A stretch of DNA of 63,918 nt, counting the filler, from Octopus bimaculoides (lineage: Eukaryota), in the NCBI RefSeq assembly GCF_001194135.2. It is 7 parts of 6 records of this genome, joined end to end, with 100 filler letters (N's around TTAATTAATTAA, not from the genome) between each part and the next. Parts side by side here need not be neighbours in the genome. Positions count along the whole stretch, not along the records: positions 1 to 22,379 come from NC_069002.1; positions 22,480 to 37,352 come from NC_068999.1; 5 more parts are not named here. One strand, given 5' to 3'. This document shows positions 11,401 through 24,842 of this stretch, piece by piece; within the stretch, counting starts at the first letter, position 1; each line of letters starts with the position of its first letter. The position numbers and the translations under genes are program-made. The notes under the pieces are model-generated. The model ran no database searches, was not told the origin of the DNA, and was given only the letters and a program-made list of their open reading frames with translations.

Positions 11401-12202
11401 CAGTCAACTCCACCATTATATATAAAGCCATACACGAATGCATACATACATACATACATACATACATACATACATACATACATACGTAAATGTGTGCGTG
11501 TGTGTATGTCTGTCTCAGGATTCTTTAGAATCTGGGTATATCAACTCGTAGGGCACGAGGATCGGCTGGGTACTTAGTACTGGGCTTACGGCACGTTGAA
11601 GTAACTCTTAGTTGTCGTTTGTTGGTAGTATACGGTATGTATATATACACACAAATATATATATATATATATATGCGCACACATGCACATGCATATATAN
11701 NNNNNNNNNNNNNNNNNNNNNNNNNNNNNNNNNNNNNNNNNNNNNNNNNNNNNNNNNNNNNNNNNNNNNNNNNNNNNNNNNNNNNNNNNNNNNNNNNNNN
11801 NNNNNNNNNNNNNNNNNNNNNNNNNNNNNNNNNNNNNNNNNNNNNNNNNNNNNNNNNNNNNNNNNNNNNNNNNNNNNNNNNNNNNNNNNNNNNNNNNNNN
11901 NNNNNNNNNNNNNNNNNNNNNNNNNNNNNNNNNNNNNNNNNNNNNNNNNNNNNNNNNNNNNNNNNNNNNNNNNNNNNNNNNNNNNNNNNNNNNNNNNNNN
12001 NNNNNNNNNNNNNNNNNNNNNNNNNNNNNNNNNNNNNNNNNNNNNNNNNNNNNNNNNNNNNNNNNNNNNNNNNNNNNNNNNNNNNNNNNNNNNNNNNNNN
12101 NNNNNNNNNNNNNNNNNNNNNNNNNNNNNNNNNNNNNNNNNNNNNNNNNNNNNNNNNNNNNNNNNNNNNNNNNNNTATATATATATATATATATATAGGG
12201 AG

Positions 12203-12255
<53 letters not shown>

Positions 12256-13298
12256 CGTACACATGTCTGTGTGTTCGTGACGATCTTCTTATATGTTTAT
12301 CTCGATAAAATACTTTAACATATCTCCCTAATGTTATCGTAGTATATTGTATGGAATATTCCATGGAGATTCTAGAACAACCAATTAGCTTTCGGGTCTT
12401 ATTATTGTCTTTTCTTTACTTTTCTTTCTCTTCTTATTAACTTTCCTTTGAGCTTTCCTTTCTATTCATTCTTCCTTCCTTTCGTTCTCTTTTCAGCAGT
12501 GTTTACCCCCGAAAACCCTTCAAATGATCCCTATAAATACGAACCTGACACGACAAGAATCATAAACGGAATATTATTTCTAGAAAAGCATAAAAGGATC
12601 TCATTTGTGTTTATATTAACGGCTTCATATTATCTTATTGATTTAAAGGTTACACACGTACAAATAATACATAACTCCACCCGGAGTGTACGTATATATA
12701 TATATATACACACATACTCCGGGTGTATATATATATATATATATATGTGTATATGTGCATGCGTGTAGATTATATTAGTGTTTTACATATGTATATAAGT
12801 AGTGTTTTCATTGTATTCCCTAAATATCAAGTTCACATCACACGACATCGTTCATACAACAATAAAAATATTAGGGATTTGGGACATTGCACATACGCTG
12901 AGAAATAATGTGTGTAAAAAAAATAAACACGAGCGCACATGCGCACAATCATGTATGTATTTGCGCGTGCGTATATATATATATGTATATACCTATGCAC
13001 ACAAATTATTTATATGCAATGATGTTGAGTACGTGTGTGTATACATATGTATATATTATATGCAAGAATAATATAACACGAGGATGGGAGATACTAGACC
13101 TTAATATATGTGCATGTGTGTGTGTGTGTGTGTGTGTGCGTGTGTGTGTATGTATGTACGTATGTATGTATGTAAAATTTAGATTCAGATGAATATGGTA
13201 CGTAAGTTGAGGCACCAAAATTTAGTACGTTATTATCCATACAGTTTCAAAATAAGGTGATTAAAATCAAAATAAGCAACAGGATATCCAGAGGTAAT

Positions 13299-13382
13299 GC
13301 AGTACGATCGTTTCAGGCGGCTCCATTTAATTGAACAATGCAATCATTACATCAATTTAAATGCAGAGCAATCCTCAGCTGC
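13299..13382 (-). ncRNA. Degenerate type-I hammerhead ribozyme motif
   Basis: Minus strand GCAG-CUGAGGA...GAAAC-GAUC-GUA-CUGC: stem I GCAG/CUGC, palindromic stem III ACGAUCGU; base of stem II does not pair. Confidence 0.55.
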
Positions 13383-13577
13383 GTAAAGACATAGAATTAA
13401 ATTAAATCAAAACAGATGGACACATTAGTATAATTTTACCTAAAACCTCCAAGAAGGTAAGGAGATAGACAAAGAACATGCTGTCTTCACTTCAGCTTAG
13501 ATATGTATGTGTATATATACACATACACATACATACATACATTCATACAAAAATATATACTTACAAATACATACAAG

Positions 13578-13610
<33 letters not shown>

Positions 13611-14971
13611 ACACACATTAAAAAATCATTGGATTTGACAAAAGAAAAAGAAAAAAGCTTTGTCACATCTTAAGTGAATGGCTTCATTTGTCGAACGCCA
13701 TCGCAAAGAAAAGGCATTCGCTTTTAACTCTCTATGATGAACGACGGAGTCTTATGAAGTGGAGGAAGCGCGAAAGAGAGAGAGAGAGGTGGGGGGAGAG
13801 TGTGAGTAAGAAAGAGTGAGTGTGTGAGTGAGAGAGAAGAAGGGAGAGAGGAAGAGAAGTGTCTCAATCATGCATTTCTCACAACCTTTGACCTCGTCAA
13901 CAGAAGTACATTTCCTTTTAGATACATACCTCGGAAAACGGTTATTAAACACGAAAACACAAACACACACACATACACACACACACATACACGCACACAC
14001 GCACACACGCACACACACGCACACACGTACACACACGAGCACTCACACACACACACAAAACACTTATAGAATGTAGTATTGTAATACGGTCGGTGGCTAT
14101 GTTTCGCTGATGAACAGAAAATAAGATCGAAAAATGTCTGGTATTCGTCTTCGCCGGGGCAAACGTTTATATATATTAAATAGCTTTTTAATGTTCTATG
14201 TATGATGTTTACATGTTTCTCTCNNNNNNNNNNNNNNNNNNNNNNNNNNNNNNNNNNNNNNNNNNNNNNNNNNNNNNNNNNNNNNNNNNNNNNNNNNNNN
14301 NNNNNNNNNNNNNNNNNNNNNNNNNNNNNNNNNNNNNNNNNNNNNNNNNNNNNNNNNNNNNNNNNNNNNNNNNNNNNNTTGTCGTGGTGGCATGTCAGGT
14401 GACAATGTTATATACATCCGTTTTTCGCAGTATTGTTGTGTAATAAACCACCAGGATCACCGCCATCGACAACAACAACGACAACAATCATGACGCCATT
14501 ATCACCACCACTACCACCACCACCACCACCACCACCATCACCATCACCACTACTACTACTACTACTACTACTACCGACATCCTCACAATCATAATCATCA
14601 TCATCATCATCATCGCCACCGCTAATAACACCACCACCACCACAACTACCACGTCCATCATCACCAGCGCTACTATCACCAACACCATCACCATCATCGC
14701 CACCACCACCGCCACCAGCACTATCACGGTCGTTAAACCCCCAAAAACAACAACAGTAGCATCACCACAACCGTTACTACCGCCATCACCGATGACAGCA
14801 ACCTCCACCACCACCACCACCACCACCACAACAACAAACACCATTCTCAAAATGGTTTCCATAGTTGACACTTTAGAGCACTCGACACTTTCTAAATCCG
14901 GTTGTTGTCGTCATCCCACTTATTAACCATCAAAGTCATCATCATCATCATCATCATCATCATCACCATCG

Positions 14972-15002
<31 letters not shown>

Positions 15003-15269
15003 CATCATCTCCATCGTCATCATTATTGTCATCATCATCACAACCACCACCGTCATCGTCGTCATCATCATTGTCATCCTTCATTATCGTCATCAACCTT
15101 GTCATCATGATGATGATCATCATCATCTTCATCACCGTCATCATCATCAACATCGTCATCATCATCATCATCATCGTCATCGTCGTCGTCATCGTCGTCG
15201 TCATCATCAGCTGCAGTAGCAGCAGCATCGCCATCAACCCCTGGACATTACTGTCACAAGTCCTGTGAC

Positions 15270-15505
15270 CCATAAGGCCGGTTACCCAGTTTCCATGGCA
15301 TATAAGTCAACGAGATCAAATTCCCCCTGAATGAGACGCCAGTCCATCACACGGTTACTCCCATTTTGCAGTTGAGCAGACTGGACCAACGTGAGATGAA
15401 ATGAAATGTGTTTTGCTCAAGAACACAATGCGCTGTTCGGTTCTGGAATCGAAACCACGATCTTGTGATGGTGAATGCAACAACTTAATTACGAGGCCGC
15501 GCACA
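15270..15505 (-). mobile_element. tRNA-derived SINE, family C
   Basis: Minus strand B-box-like GGTTTCGATTCC, then TGTGTTCTTGAGCAAAACACATTTCATTTCA and TGTGATGGACTGGCGTCTCATTCAGGGG; head copies also at ~32420-32505 and 62775-62880. Confidence 0.75.
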
Positions 15506-15594
15506 CAACCCTTCACACACAATTCCCATCTAAAACATCTTCACAAGGACGTTGTTTCTACGTTATTCCTATGCCATCACATCAGATTATGTCC

Positions 15595-15870
15595 AAATTG
15601 CTCCTTGCTACCAGAAACAAAAAACTGAGAATTTTAATCAATTGATTTCGATATTCGTTAAAGCTATCGTCGCATTCGATTACGTTTTCCTGTCTACTAA
15701 GATCACACCACTTCAAAAAGAGAGTTCCAATGTGAAAGTAGACCACGTGGTTAAATTGAATTGCTCCTTGCTGCCAGAAACAAAAAACAAAAACTGAGAG
15801 TATTAATCAATTGATTTCAGTATTCGTGAAAGCAATCGTCGGGGTTCGACTACTTTTGCCTGTCTGCTGA
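15595..15870. repeat. Imperfect tandem duplication, ~110-bp unit with ~165-bp period
   Basis: ATTGCTCCTTGCT(A/G)CCAGAAACAAAAAAC...TTAATCAATTGATTTC...ATCGTCG...CCTGTCT occurs at ~15597-15700 and ~15759-15870. Confidence 0.8.
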
Positions 15871-16242
15871 GAAGACCTGAGAAGATCATTACTTTATGAT
15901 AAATCTAAAAATGTTCAATCTAGGATTGACTTCTACCTTTTCAAAGGAATTTGCCAGACGGAAACTGTGTGTGCATGCAAGCCTTATCTAACTTTTATCA
16001 AAATTCTAGCAGCAATGTTCGCATCCGAACCATTTGTTGATATGTGTTTCAGGAAGTCGCACGAAATATTTGTGTTAATGCAGGAAGAGAAATAATATTG
16101 GACAACCTACAAATATTCTCATTTTCCTTCATCTTATCTTCTGGCGCAGCTTTTCTTTGTAATACCCTAAAATATACTTTCAGTTGTGATAATATTGTAG
16201 CTTTTGAACTTGGTGTTGTTGTTGCTGCTGCTACTATTGTTG

Positions 16243-16275
<33 letters not shown>

Positions 16276-16463
16276 TGTATTTGCTTTTGTTATGTTGAAC
16301 TCAAGTTTCTTATTGAATTGTCACTGTTTACGTTCTTTGGTAATCCGTCGTTGGTAATCCATCGGTGTCGATGAAATAACTACCAGTTACGCACTGGGGT
16401 TGATGTAATCGAGTAGACCCCCTTCCCCAAAACTTTCAGGCCATGTGCCTGAAGTAGATAGGA

Positions 16464-16531
<68 letters not shown>

Positions 16532-16603
16532 CTGAGTGAGAGAGCAGTGCATGTCATCAAAGTCACGCTGGGGTAAAATACACGAAGCCCAGTAGACCCA
16601 TCA

Positions 16604-16817
16604 TACTGAGCTGCTGAAAAGTTCCTGGCTTTGGGTAAAAAAAAATACAGGTGGATCAGTTAATTATTATTTTATTCAACATGTTTCCTCTCAGATTCAC
16701 ACACTTTTGGCAGAGGCCCTTCAGTTTTTCTAAACCCTGTAAAAAGACTCGGAAGGTTGGGCCACCGACCTGTCCCATCGCGACATCCTTAAAGCCAGGA
16801 ACTTTCCGGCACACACG
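16604..16817. mobile_element. Tc1/mariner-type MITE (~210 bp)
   Basis: Inverted termini GCTGAAAAGTTCCTGGCTTT / AAAGCCAGGAACTTT; same element at 21392-21601 (opposite orientation) and 58443-58662. Confidence 0.75.
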
Positions 16818-18479
16818 ATTTACACACGAGACATCAATCGGTTCGGGACTATGATACAAGACAATTGACCACGTTGCCGCACTGTAGGACTGAACCCGTA
16901 ACCACATGGTTGTAAAGCGAGCTACTTAATCCCACAGCCATGTCTTTACCGAAAGCATTTTTGTTATTGTTATTGTTGTTGTACAAAAGCGAATTCCTGT
17001 TTAGAGGCGAAGTGTGGCTCAATAAACCACTCCACTTCGAAAGGGGTTTCTGGGATGTACACTGCCCAAATATGGAAAACGGTAGAATAAAAACAAAATG
17101 GAAATAAAGAATATAGTCTTTGTTCATTTCTAGGAAAAAAACTTAGAAACGCTGTTAAGATGAAATAAAAGTATTGTTTATATTGGACAGGATGTTTATA
17201 ATTGGTTTTCTCTCCTGTCCTCTATGCGTGTGCGCAGTCAGATGACTGAAACAAGTAAAACAATAAAACAATAAAAGAATATAGGAGTGGCTGTGTGGTA
17301 AGTAGCTTACTTACCAACCACATGGTTCCGGGTTCAGTCCTACTGCGTGGCACCGTGGGCAAGTGTCTCCTACTGTAGCCTCGGGTTGACCAAAGTCATG
17401 TGAGTGGATTTGATAGACTGAAACAAGCCGGTCGTATATATGTATATGCGTGTGTGTGTGTGTGTGTGTACATGTGCGTGTGTGTTTCGATTACATGTAA
17501 AGGTAAACAAGAAGAAAGTAAAATGATTTTTAAAAAGGAGGACAAAAGAGGAAAGTAGAAAAACGGGTTTAGTAGAATAGAATGAAAAAAAAAACTGCAC
17601 CGTTTTAATGCTGCATATTAAGAGAACAACAGAATGAGAGAATAAGAGTTGATGATTACGTGACTCAGGAGAGTCATCTACGTTCTATATTTCGTTTGTC
17701 GTTACGTTCAGTCTTTCAGTTCAATGATATTAGGAGTGGTTCTTTCCCGTTCTCATTTCCTAACGTAAAACCCTTTTTACAGTTCTACATCGTTCAACGT
17801 TTCCGACAAAAGAACTGTGTACGTGGCGAGTAATGGTAGACCTTGTCGGTTCTGCGCATGATGATGTGTCAGGGACCACGAATCTGGGATGGCCCCAGCC
17901 GCATCAAGCAAGAGCATGAAGCAAGCAAGCAAGCATCGTTCACACAAATCCAGCCACTTTGGTGAAACCATTTGAGCTTCGTTCAAAATAGTTTGCAGTA
18001 CTAATTTCGTTAGGTCCTGATTTCAATCCCTGCCCGATGTCAACTTTGCCTTTCATCCTTCCGTTCCGTAGGCAATAAAATAAAAACTGGCACTCCGTCG
18101 GTTACTACGACGAGTGTTCCAGTTGATCCGATCAACGGAACAGCTTGCTTGTAAAATTAACGTGCAAATGGCTGAGCACTCTATAGACAAGCGTAAACCT
18201 TAACGTAGTTCTGAGACAGATTCAGCGGGACACAGAATGCTGTATATATATATGTATATATATATATATATATAAGCAATGTTAATTCTCTAAATGAAGT
18301 ATTAACACTAACTGCACGATAAAGTGTAGTATATTGCCACTTAAGTGTGGCTGACCCCTAGGGGTGGATGTTACTGTTGCTTTTAGCCCCAGGAGGACAT
18401 CTCCTCCAGCTGGCTTATCGACGCACGACTGTGTCCTGTTTGCCAAGGGAAGTTATCCCTCTCACCTCGATCTGCAGCA

Positions 18480-18524
18480 CGAACGTATCCGGATTTCAGG
18501 GTTATTTCCCTTCGTCGGCGTCCG
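18480..18524 (-). ncRNA. Minimal type-I hammerhead motif with a core U4-to-C change
   Basis: Minus strand CGGACG-CCGACGA-AGGG AAAUAA CCCU-GAAA-UCCGGA-UA-CGUUCG: stem I 6 bp, stem II 4 bp, palindromic stem III AUCCGGAU. Confidence 0.65.
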
Positions 18525-18860
18525 ACAGCTGATGACCTGAGTCANNNNNNNNNNNNNNNNNNNNNNNNNNNNNNNNNNNNNNNNNNNNNNNNNNNNNNNN
18601 NNNNNNNNNNNNNNNNNNNNNNNNNNNNNNNNNNNNNNNNNNNNNNNNNNNNNNNNNNNNNNNNNNNNNNNNNNNNNNNNNNNNNNNNNNNNNNNNNNNN
18701 NNNNNNNNNNNNNNNNNNNNNNNNNNNNNNNNNNNNNNNNNNNNNNNNNNNNNNNNNNNNNNNNNNNNNNNNNNNNATATATATAGTTTTAGGGAAAAGA
18801 ACCAAAGTTCATGAATAAATTGATTTTGAGTTTTTACCTGTAATTTTGGATTTTTATCCC

Positions 18861-18926
<66 letters not shown>

Positions 18927-20639
18927 TATAATTTTTTCTCCATTAGTTTCTTTTTTAAAAAAGTCCACATAAAGCCGGAAAAGACGTAAGTTAAAGCGAC
19001 GTAAGTTGAAGTATATCCATATAAGCAAAAGACACTTAGAAATGATAGAACTACAACACATTTTTCATTGAATACAGAAAACGATGAACTCTCGTCCCCG
19101 TTTAGAGAAATCTGAGATTGAATAAATGAAATTATTGCGATCCGTTGATAAGAGAACAAACAATATCTAGTACTCTTGAGATATTCGTATGATTGATATT
19201 TCTGTAATTTGTTATTCTTCCTCGTTTTGTTGTTGTTGTTTTTTTTCTTTTGCGTTTCGGATTGGTGGTGGGGGGTGTCTTTTTTTTTAATACAAACAAA
19301 ATCTGGGGATTTCCTTAAATCACAATATTTCCTTAAATTTCGGGATTCCCCTCATTTGCATCAAATACTCTGTTTATTTATTGTCTCTCGCCTTTCCTGT
19401 TTGTAAACAGACCCAAGCCTTAATGAGAATGAATCACAATACAACCTCGAACCAGTAAGATGTCATATTTACTAGGAATTGTTTTTATTTTGGTTTTTCT
19501 ATTTGTTTTTAAGCAGACATTACAATTCTTCTGTCTCATTGTGCTACGATGACTCACCAACCTTTAATTGTCTCATTATTTACCAAAAACACTCAATCAT
19601 TACATTTTCGAAAGGAGACTTGCTGGTGGAATCGTTCGCACGTCGGAAAAACAATGCTGAGCGGTTTTTAAGTGTTCCGTGATCAAATGCCATCGAGGTC
19701 GACTTTGCCTTTCGTCCTTTCAAGGTCGATAAAATAAAGTACCAGTTGAGTACTGAGGCTACAAACACTTGCCCAGGGTACCACGAGGTGGGACTGAACC
19801 CGGAACACATTGGTAGGGAAGCAAGGTCCTTACCACACAGCCACGCCTATGTATGTATGTATATATATATATATATATATNNNNNNNNNNNNNNNNNNNN
19901 NNNNNNNNNNNNNNNNNNNNNNNNNNNNNNNNNNNNNNNNNNNNNNNNNNNNNNNNNNNNNNNNNNNNNNNNNNNNNNNNNNNNNNNNNNNNNNNNNNNN
20001 NNNNNNNNNNNNNNNNNNNNNNNNNNNNNNNNNNNNNNNNNNNNNNNNNNNNNNNNNNNNNNNNNNNNNNNNNNNNNNNNNNNNNNNNNNNNNNNNNNNN
20101 NNNNNNNNNNNNNNNNNNNNNNNNNNNNNNNNNNNNNNNNNNNNNNNNNNNNNNNNNNNNNNNNNNNNNNNNNNNNNNNNNNNNNNNNNNNNNNNNNNNN
20201 NNNNNNNNNNTATATATATATATATATATGTATATATATGTATGTATGTATTGAAAGCAAAATAAATTTTTAAATAGTAAGTACACAATGAAATTGTGTG
20301 TGACGATAGGTGAGAAAATAGCGACCTACTTTAAATGGTGAGTTGCAGAACAAATGGATAAAGTTCAGAGAGTAAAAGGAAAGGATTTAAAAGCAAATAT
20401 GTGCAGTTTGTACAAATATGCAATGACATTATTACAAAATGAAAGCATTTTGCTGAACAATAAAATCAGAAGACACCGTTTGCGTCAAAAAATAATAAAG
20501 AGAAGAGAGAAAATGGAGAAAGTAAAAAAAAAGACAAAAGAAAACATGATTGGGGAAGGTAAAGGGAAACAATAAACCGAAAATGAGGTTGGGTTTAAGG
20601 GAAGAGGAGAATAAAAAGCAACAATATCGATATCAGAGA

Positions 20640-20910
20640 AGAGAAAGGAAGATGCAGGGCGACCTTTGTAAATATCGAGGCCTTTGGGCAACTGGGTGAT
20701 GGTGTGGGTAGTGACGGAGAATATAACTTTAACAATGACAATGATAGATTGTATATTTAATTTGGATCACCAAGAGCTGAAGATAAGTTCTGATCTCTGT
20801 GGATCTTAAAATGTCTTTTGAGTCCTCCATTAGATTTGCAAACCTTCTGGCATACATTGCAATGAAAGGTGTGCGCAGACATATAGGCAGAATAGTTGGT
20901 GGAGGTTCGT
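20640..20910 (-). mobile_element. RTE-type LINE 3' remnant with C2H2 zinc finger
   Basis: FHCNVCQKVCKSNGGLKRHFKIH on the minus strand, same pattern as the C-terminal finger of the RTE at 32130-32200. Confidence 0.65.
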
Positions 20911-20936
20911 TTTCCATACATACATACATACATACA

Positions 20937-20970
<34 letters not shown>

Positions 20971-21391
20971 CATACATACACACATATACTTAACCGTTGT
21001 CGCATTTGTTTTCATAAGTCTTTGTTATGCGGAGCTGTGCCGCAAACTGTATTTTCTGGCCGTTGATCAAAAAGCCGTTTGTTTTTTGACTCAGATCACA
21101 ACCACTTAACATACAGATTGATTAGTTGGAGATAATCTCGCTGTGAGGTAAGGGAATTTTGCGTCAGTTTCCGTTATATTAATGTGTTAGGATCATATGA
21201 CAGCAACCACTTTTGTCTAGTGGATGTCATATGAGAACAATAGCTTTAAAAGGTGAAAGTCACGTCCGAATTCAGGACTGTCTTAGCTTTTTGTTGAGTC
21301 CATGTGTTACATTAAACAGAGTAGCAAACACCCCACTACCATATATATATATATACTCTATATATACTCTCTATATATATATACTTATATA

Positions 21392-21601
21392 CGAGAGGGT
21401 GTTGAAAAGTTCTTGGCTTTAAGGGTATTGCGAAAGGCCTGGTTGGAGGCCCAACCTTCCTGAGTTCTTTTACAGGGCTTAGAAAAACCGAAGGGCTGCT
21501 GCAATAAGTGTGTGAATCTGAGATGGAAATCTATTGAATCAAATCATAATTAACTGATCATCCTGTATTTTCTTTTACTCAAAGACAAGGACTTTTCAGC
21601 A
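21392..21601. mobile_element. Tc1/mariner-type MITE
   Basis: TA|CGAGAGGGTGTTGAAAAGTTCTTGGCTTT ... AAAGACAAGGACTTTTCAGC; interior is the reverse complement of 16604-16817. Confidence 0.75.
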
Positions 21602-21610
21602 AGTGTGTGT

Positions 21611-21652
<42 letters not shown>

Positions 21653-22334
21653 TTACACTCGTAATTCCTTGTCCAAAGGGATTAAAATTGTATTTAAAAC
21701 AAAGAAATATAAAGATCTTTTCGGAAGAAAAACAAAACTTGCAACGTTGATTCCTTTTCCAAAACGTTGCAATACTCCACATTTGACAAACAATTATATC
21801 GTGTGTAAAATTATATGTTTAACAATATAATTCTATTTATTTATTTTTTAAAGTGGCGAAGTTTGATGGCAATGACCTTCACCCTTAGTTTAGTGTATTA
21901 TATAAAAAGCTGTACTAAAAGATAAGAGGATAAAAAGGCAATATTAGTTATCAAATATTATTTTTCCTTCCCGCATTCAGGCAAATATTTCGTGTGACTT
22001 CCTGTAAAAACATAACAACACTTGATTCGAACGCAAATATTGCTGTATCATGAACTGTACCCAAAACAACCACTCACACACACACACAAACACACACACA
22101 CACACGTATTCACACAAACATACACACACACATACATACACGTACATATATACGTATACATACACTTACATATACACATACATACTTACACATGTATGTT
22201 CATACGTACATATACATGTTTATATGTGTGTGTGAGTATGTGTGAGCCCTTGTTTTGTCAGGTTGTGAACGTCATGCATAACATTATAAGAACTACAGAG
22301 TAAATAAATATTCATTAAAACGTGCACACACACA

Positions 22335-22379
<45 letters not shown>

Positions 22380-22751
22380 NNNNNNNNNNNNNNNNNNNNN
22401 NNNNNNNNNNNNNNNNNNNNNNNTTAATTAATTAANNNNNNNNNNNNNNNNNNNNNNNNNNNNNNNNNNNNNNNNNNNNATTGTCCTTTGAAACGCGCGT
22501 ATGTATTGAATCCTGTTTTGTATTAAATCTAATTTTGATTCAACATCTTTTTCTCCTTCATTTTTCTATAATTGTTTATGGTATATTTATACCTATAACG
22601 ATATTTTTCAACTACTATTTTTATATTCTTATTACTTGCTCTGGATGATTTTTTTTTTATGAATATGATAAATCTTTATTAGAAATCATTCTTTCTCTCT
22701 TTCTGGACCTCTCAAAAAGTTTGAATTGTTCTCTTTTGAACTTATTTTTCC

Positions 22752-22813
<62 letters not shown>

Positions 22814-22844
22814 CACGCGCGCACACGCGCGCACACACGCGCAC

Positions 22845-22891
<47 letters not shown>

Positions 22892-23331
22892 CATATATAT
22901 AGGAGAGTATTATAGTTTGCTTGAAGCATTGTGTATTTTTTGTAAAGAATAATAATTTTCGAATGGTACAACAATGCACTATAATACAAACAATGGACTA
23001 TATACCTGATGTAATTTAGTTATCCAATTACTTAGAAGGAGTCGCTACTATAATCGGTTTTCCAACGGCTTTTCTTCTTTATTATTTTTTGAAGCGTCTC
23101 AACAGTGGTCTCACGAAGCTCCTTCCGGAATTCCTCATGAGAAGTGCGTGAGGTCGGTCATGTCTCAATCTCGTGTGTGCTGGTACATCCGTAGTGCTGT
23201 TTCTAAGTTTATTTATTATACGTGCAGCTTCCTTTTTTCCCCCTTCTTTTTCTCTCTTTCTTTATTTTTTGTTATAAACTGCAGATGAGCATATTATCAA
23301 AAATGAACCTAAACGCATCCAGATGTAGCTA

Positions 23332-23379
<48 letters not shown>

Positions 23380-23423
23380 TAAACAAACTTAGAAGCGCCG
23401 AACGAGTTGGTTTTTCTACAGAA

Positions 23424-23609
23424 AATAAAGAAATCCTCGAACACAGGATAGCTGTGGACACAGCTAAAAAAAACTGAGCGCTCAACCGGAATTTGAGAGG
23501 TACAGGGTCTGTAACGGCTTACTGCCCGCCTTTTCCAGTCTTCCGAGGGTATTTACCTGTTCTTCTAAGCTGCCTTCACAGCTATTCTGCGTTCAAGAAT
23601 TCCTTTATT
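23424..23609. mobile_element. Small MITE-like element with ~33-bp imperfect terminal inverted repeats
   Basis: AATAAAGAAATCCTCGAACACAGGATAGCTGTG (23424-23456) vs CACAGCTATTCTGCGTTCAAGAATTCCTTTATT (23577-23609). Confidence 0.65.
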
Positions 23610-23657
23610 CTTTCTCTCAGTCTCTCTCTCTCTCTCATACATACATACATACATACA

Positions 23658-23716
<59 letters not shown>

Positions 23717-24842
23717 CAAACGAAAATCGTGGAATCACGACACATGTACACGCTGTGGATTTTAAACGTTTTTAAATGTTCCTAATACTGTGGTTCATAT
23801 ATTCATCTGAAGTAAACGACTTTTTTATAATGATATAATGTACCCATTAATCAATTAAAAATTCGTTGGAAGCAGCTGTAATGGACTGACACCTATCCAT
23901 CATTTGTTAATTATTCACCTCTCTCGGAACCTGCACCTCGCATGTTCCGAGGTATATTATGGACCGTATATTTAATACAATGTGCGTTTCTAGATTAGTC
24001 CAAGGGCTGATAATATACTGAGTTGGGTTCAGTTAATTGTATACATAACCTGAATATCTTGCTGCTTGTACTTTGGCACCCAATGTTTGTATTCATCTAT
24101 AGTTGCTGTGTATGCATTTTAATTTTCAACCGACCCGGTGCCTTACCATTTAAGGGCCTTATTCAACTGAATCTTAATATATATATATATATATATANNN
24201 NNNNNNNNNNNNNNNNNNNNNNNNNNNNNNNNNNNNNNNNNNNNNNNNNNNNNNNNNNNNNNNNNNNNNNNNNNNNNNNNNNNNNNNNNNNNNNNNNNNN
24301 NNNNNNNNNNNNNNNNNNNNNNNNNNNNNNNNNNNNNNNNNNNNNNNNNNNNNNNNNNNNNNNNNNNNNNNNNNNNNNNNNNNNNNNNNNNNNNNNNNNN
24401 NNNNNNNNNNNNNNNNNNNNNNNNNNNNNNNNNNNNNNNNNNNNNNNNNNNNNNNNNNNNNNNNNNNNNNNNNNNNNNNNNNNNNNNNNNNNNNNNNNNN
24501 NNNNNNNNNNNNNNNNNNNNNNNNNNNNNNNNNNNNNNNNNNNNNNNNNNNNNNNNNNNNNNNNNNNNNNNNNNNNNNNNNNNNNNNNNNNNNNNNNNNN
24601 NNNNNNNNNNNNNNNNNNNNNNNNNNNNNNNNNNNNNNNNNNNNNNNNNNNNNNNNNNNNNNNNNNNNNNNNNNNNNNNNNNNNNNNNNNNNNNNNNNNN
24701 NNNNNNNNNNNNNNNNNNNNNNNNNNNNNNNNNNNNNNNNNNNNNNNNNNNNNNNNNNNNNNNNNNNNNNNNNNNNNNNNNNNNNNNNNNNNNNNNNNNN
24801 NNNNNNNNNNNNNNNNNNNNNNTATATATATATATATGGAGG

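Noticed and set aside
14100-14150. CTGATGA...GAAA hammerhead-like string
   Set aside because: Stems I, II and III cannot be paired convincingly.
14488-15273. His-, Val-, Met- or Asp-rich ORFs (also 4877-5415, 50189-50404, 59018-60065)
   Set aside because: Open in several frames because of stop-poor trinucleotide repeats; no splice or domain support.
22424-22435. TTAATTAATTAA islands inside N runs (also ~37397, 45749, 55821, 57288, 60119)
   Set aside because: Identical 12-mer with stops in all six frames, always flanked by Ns: an assembly join marker, not biology.
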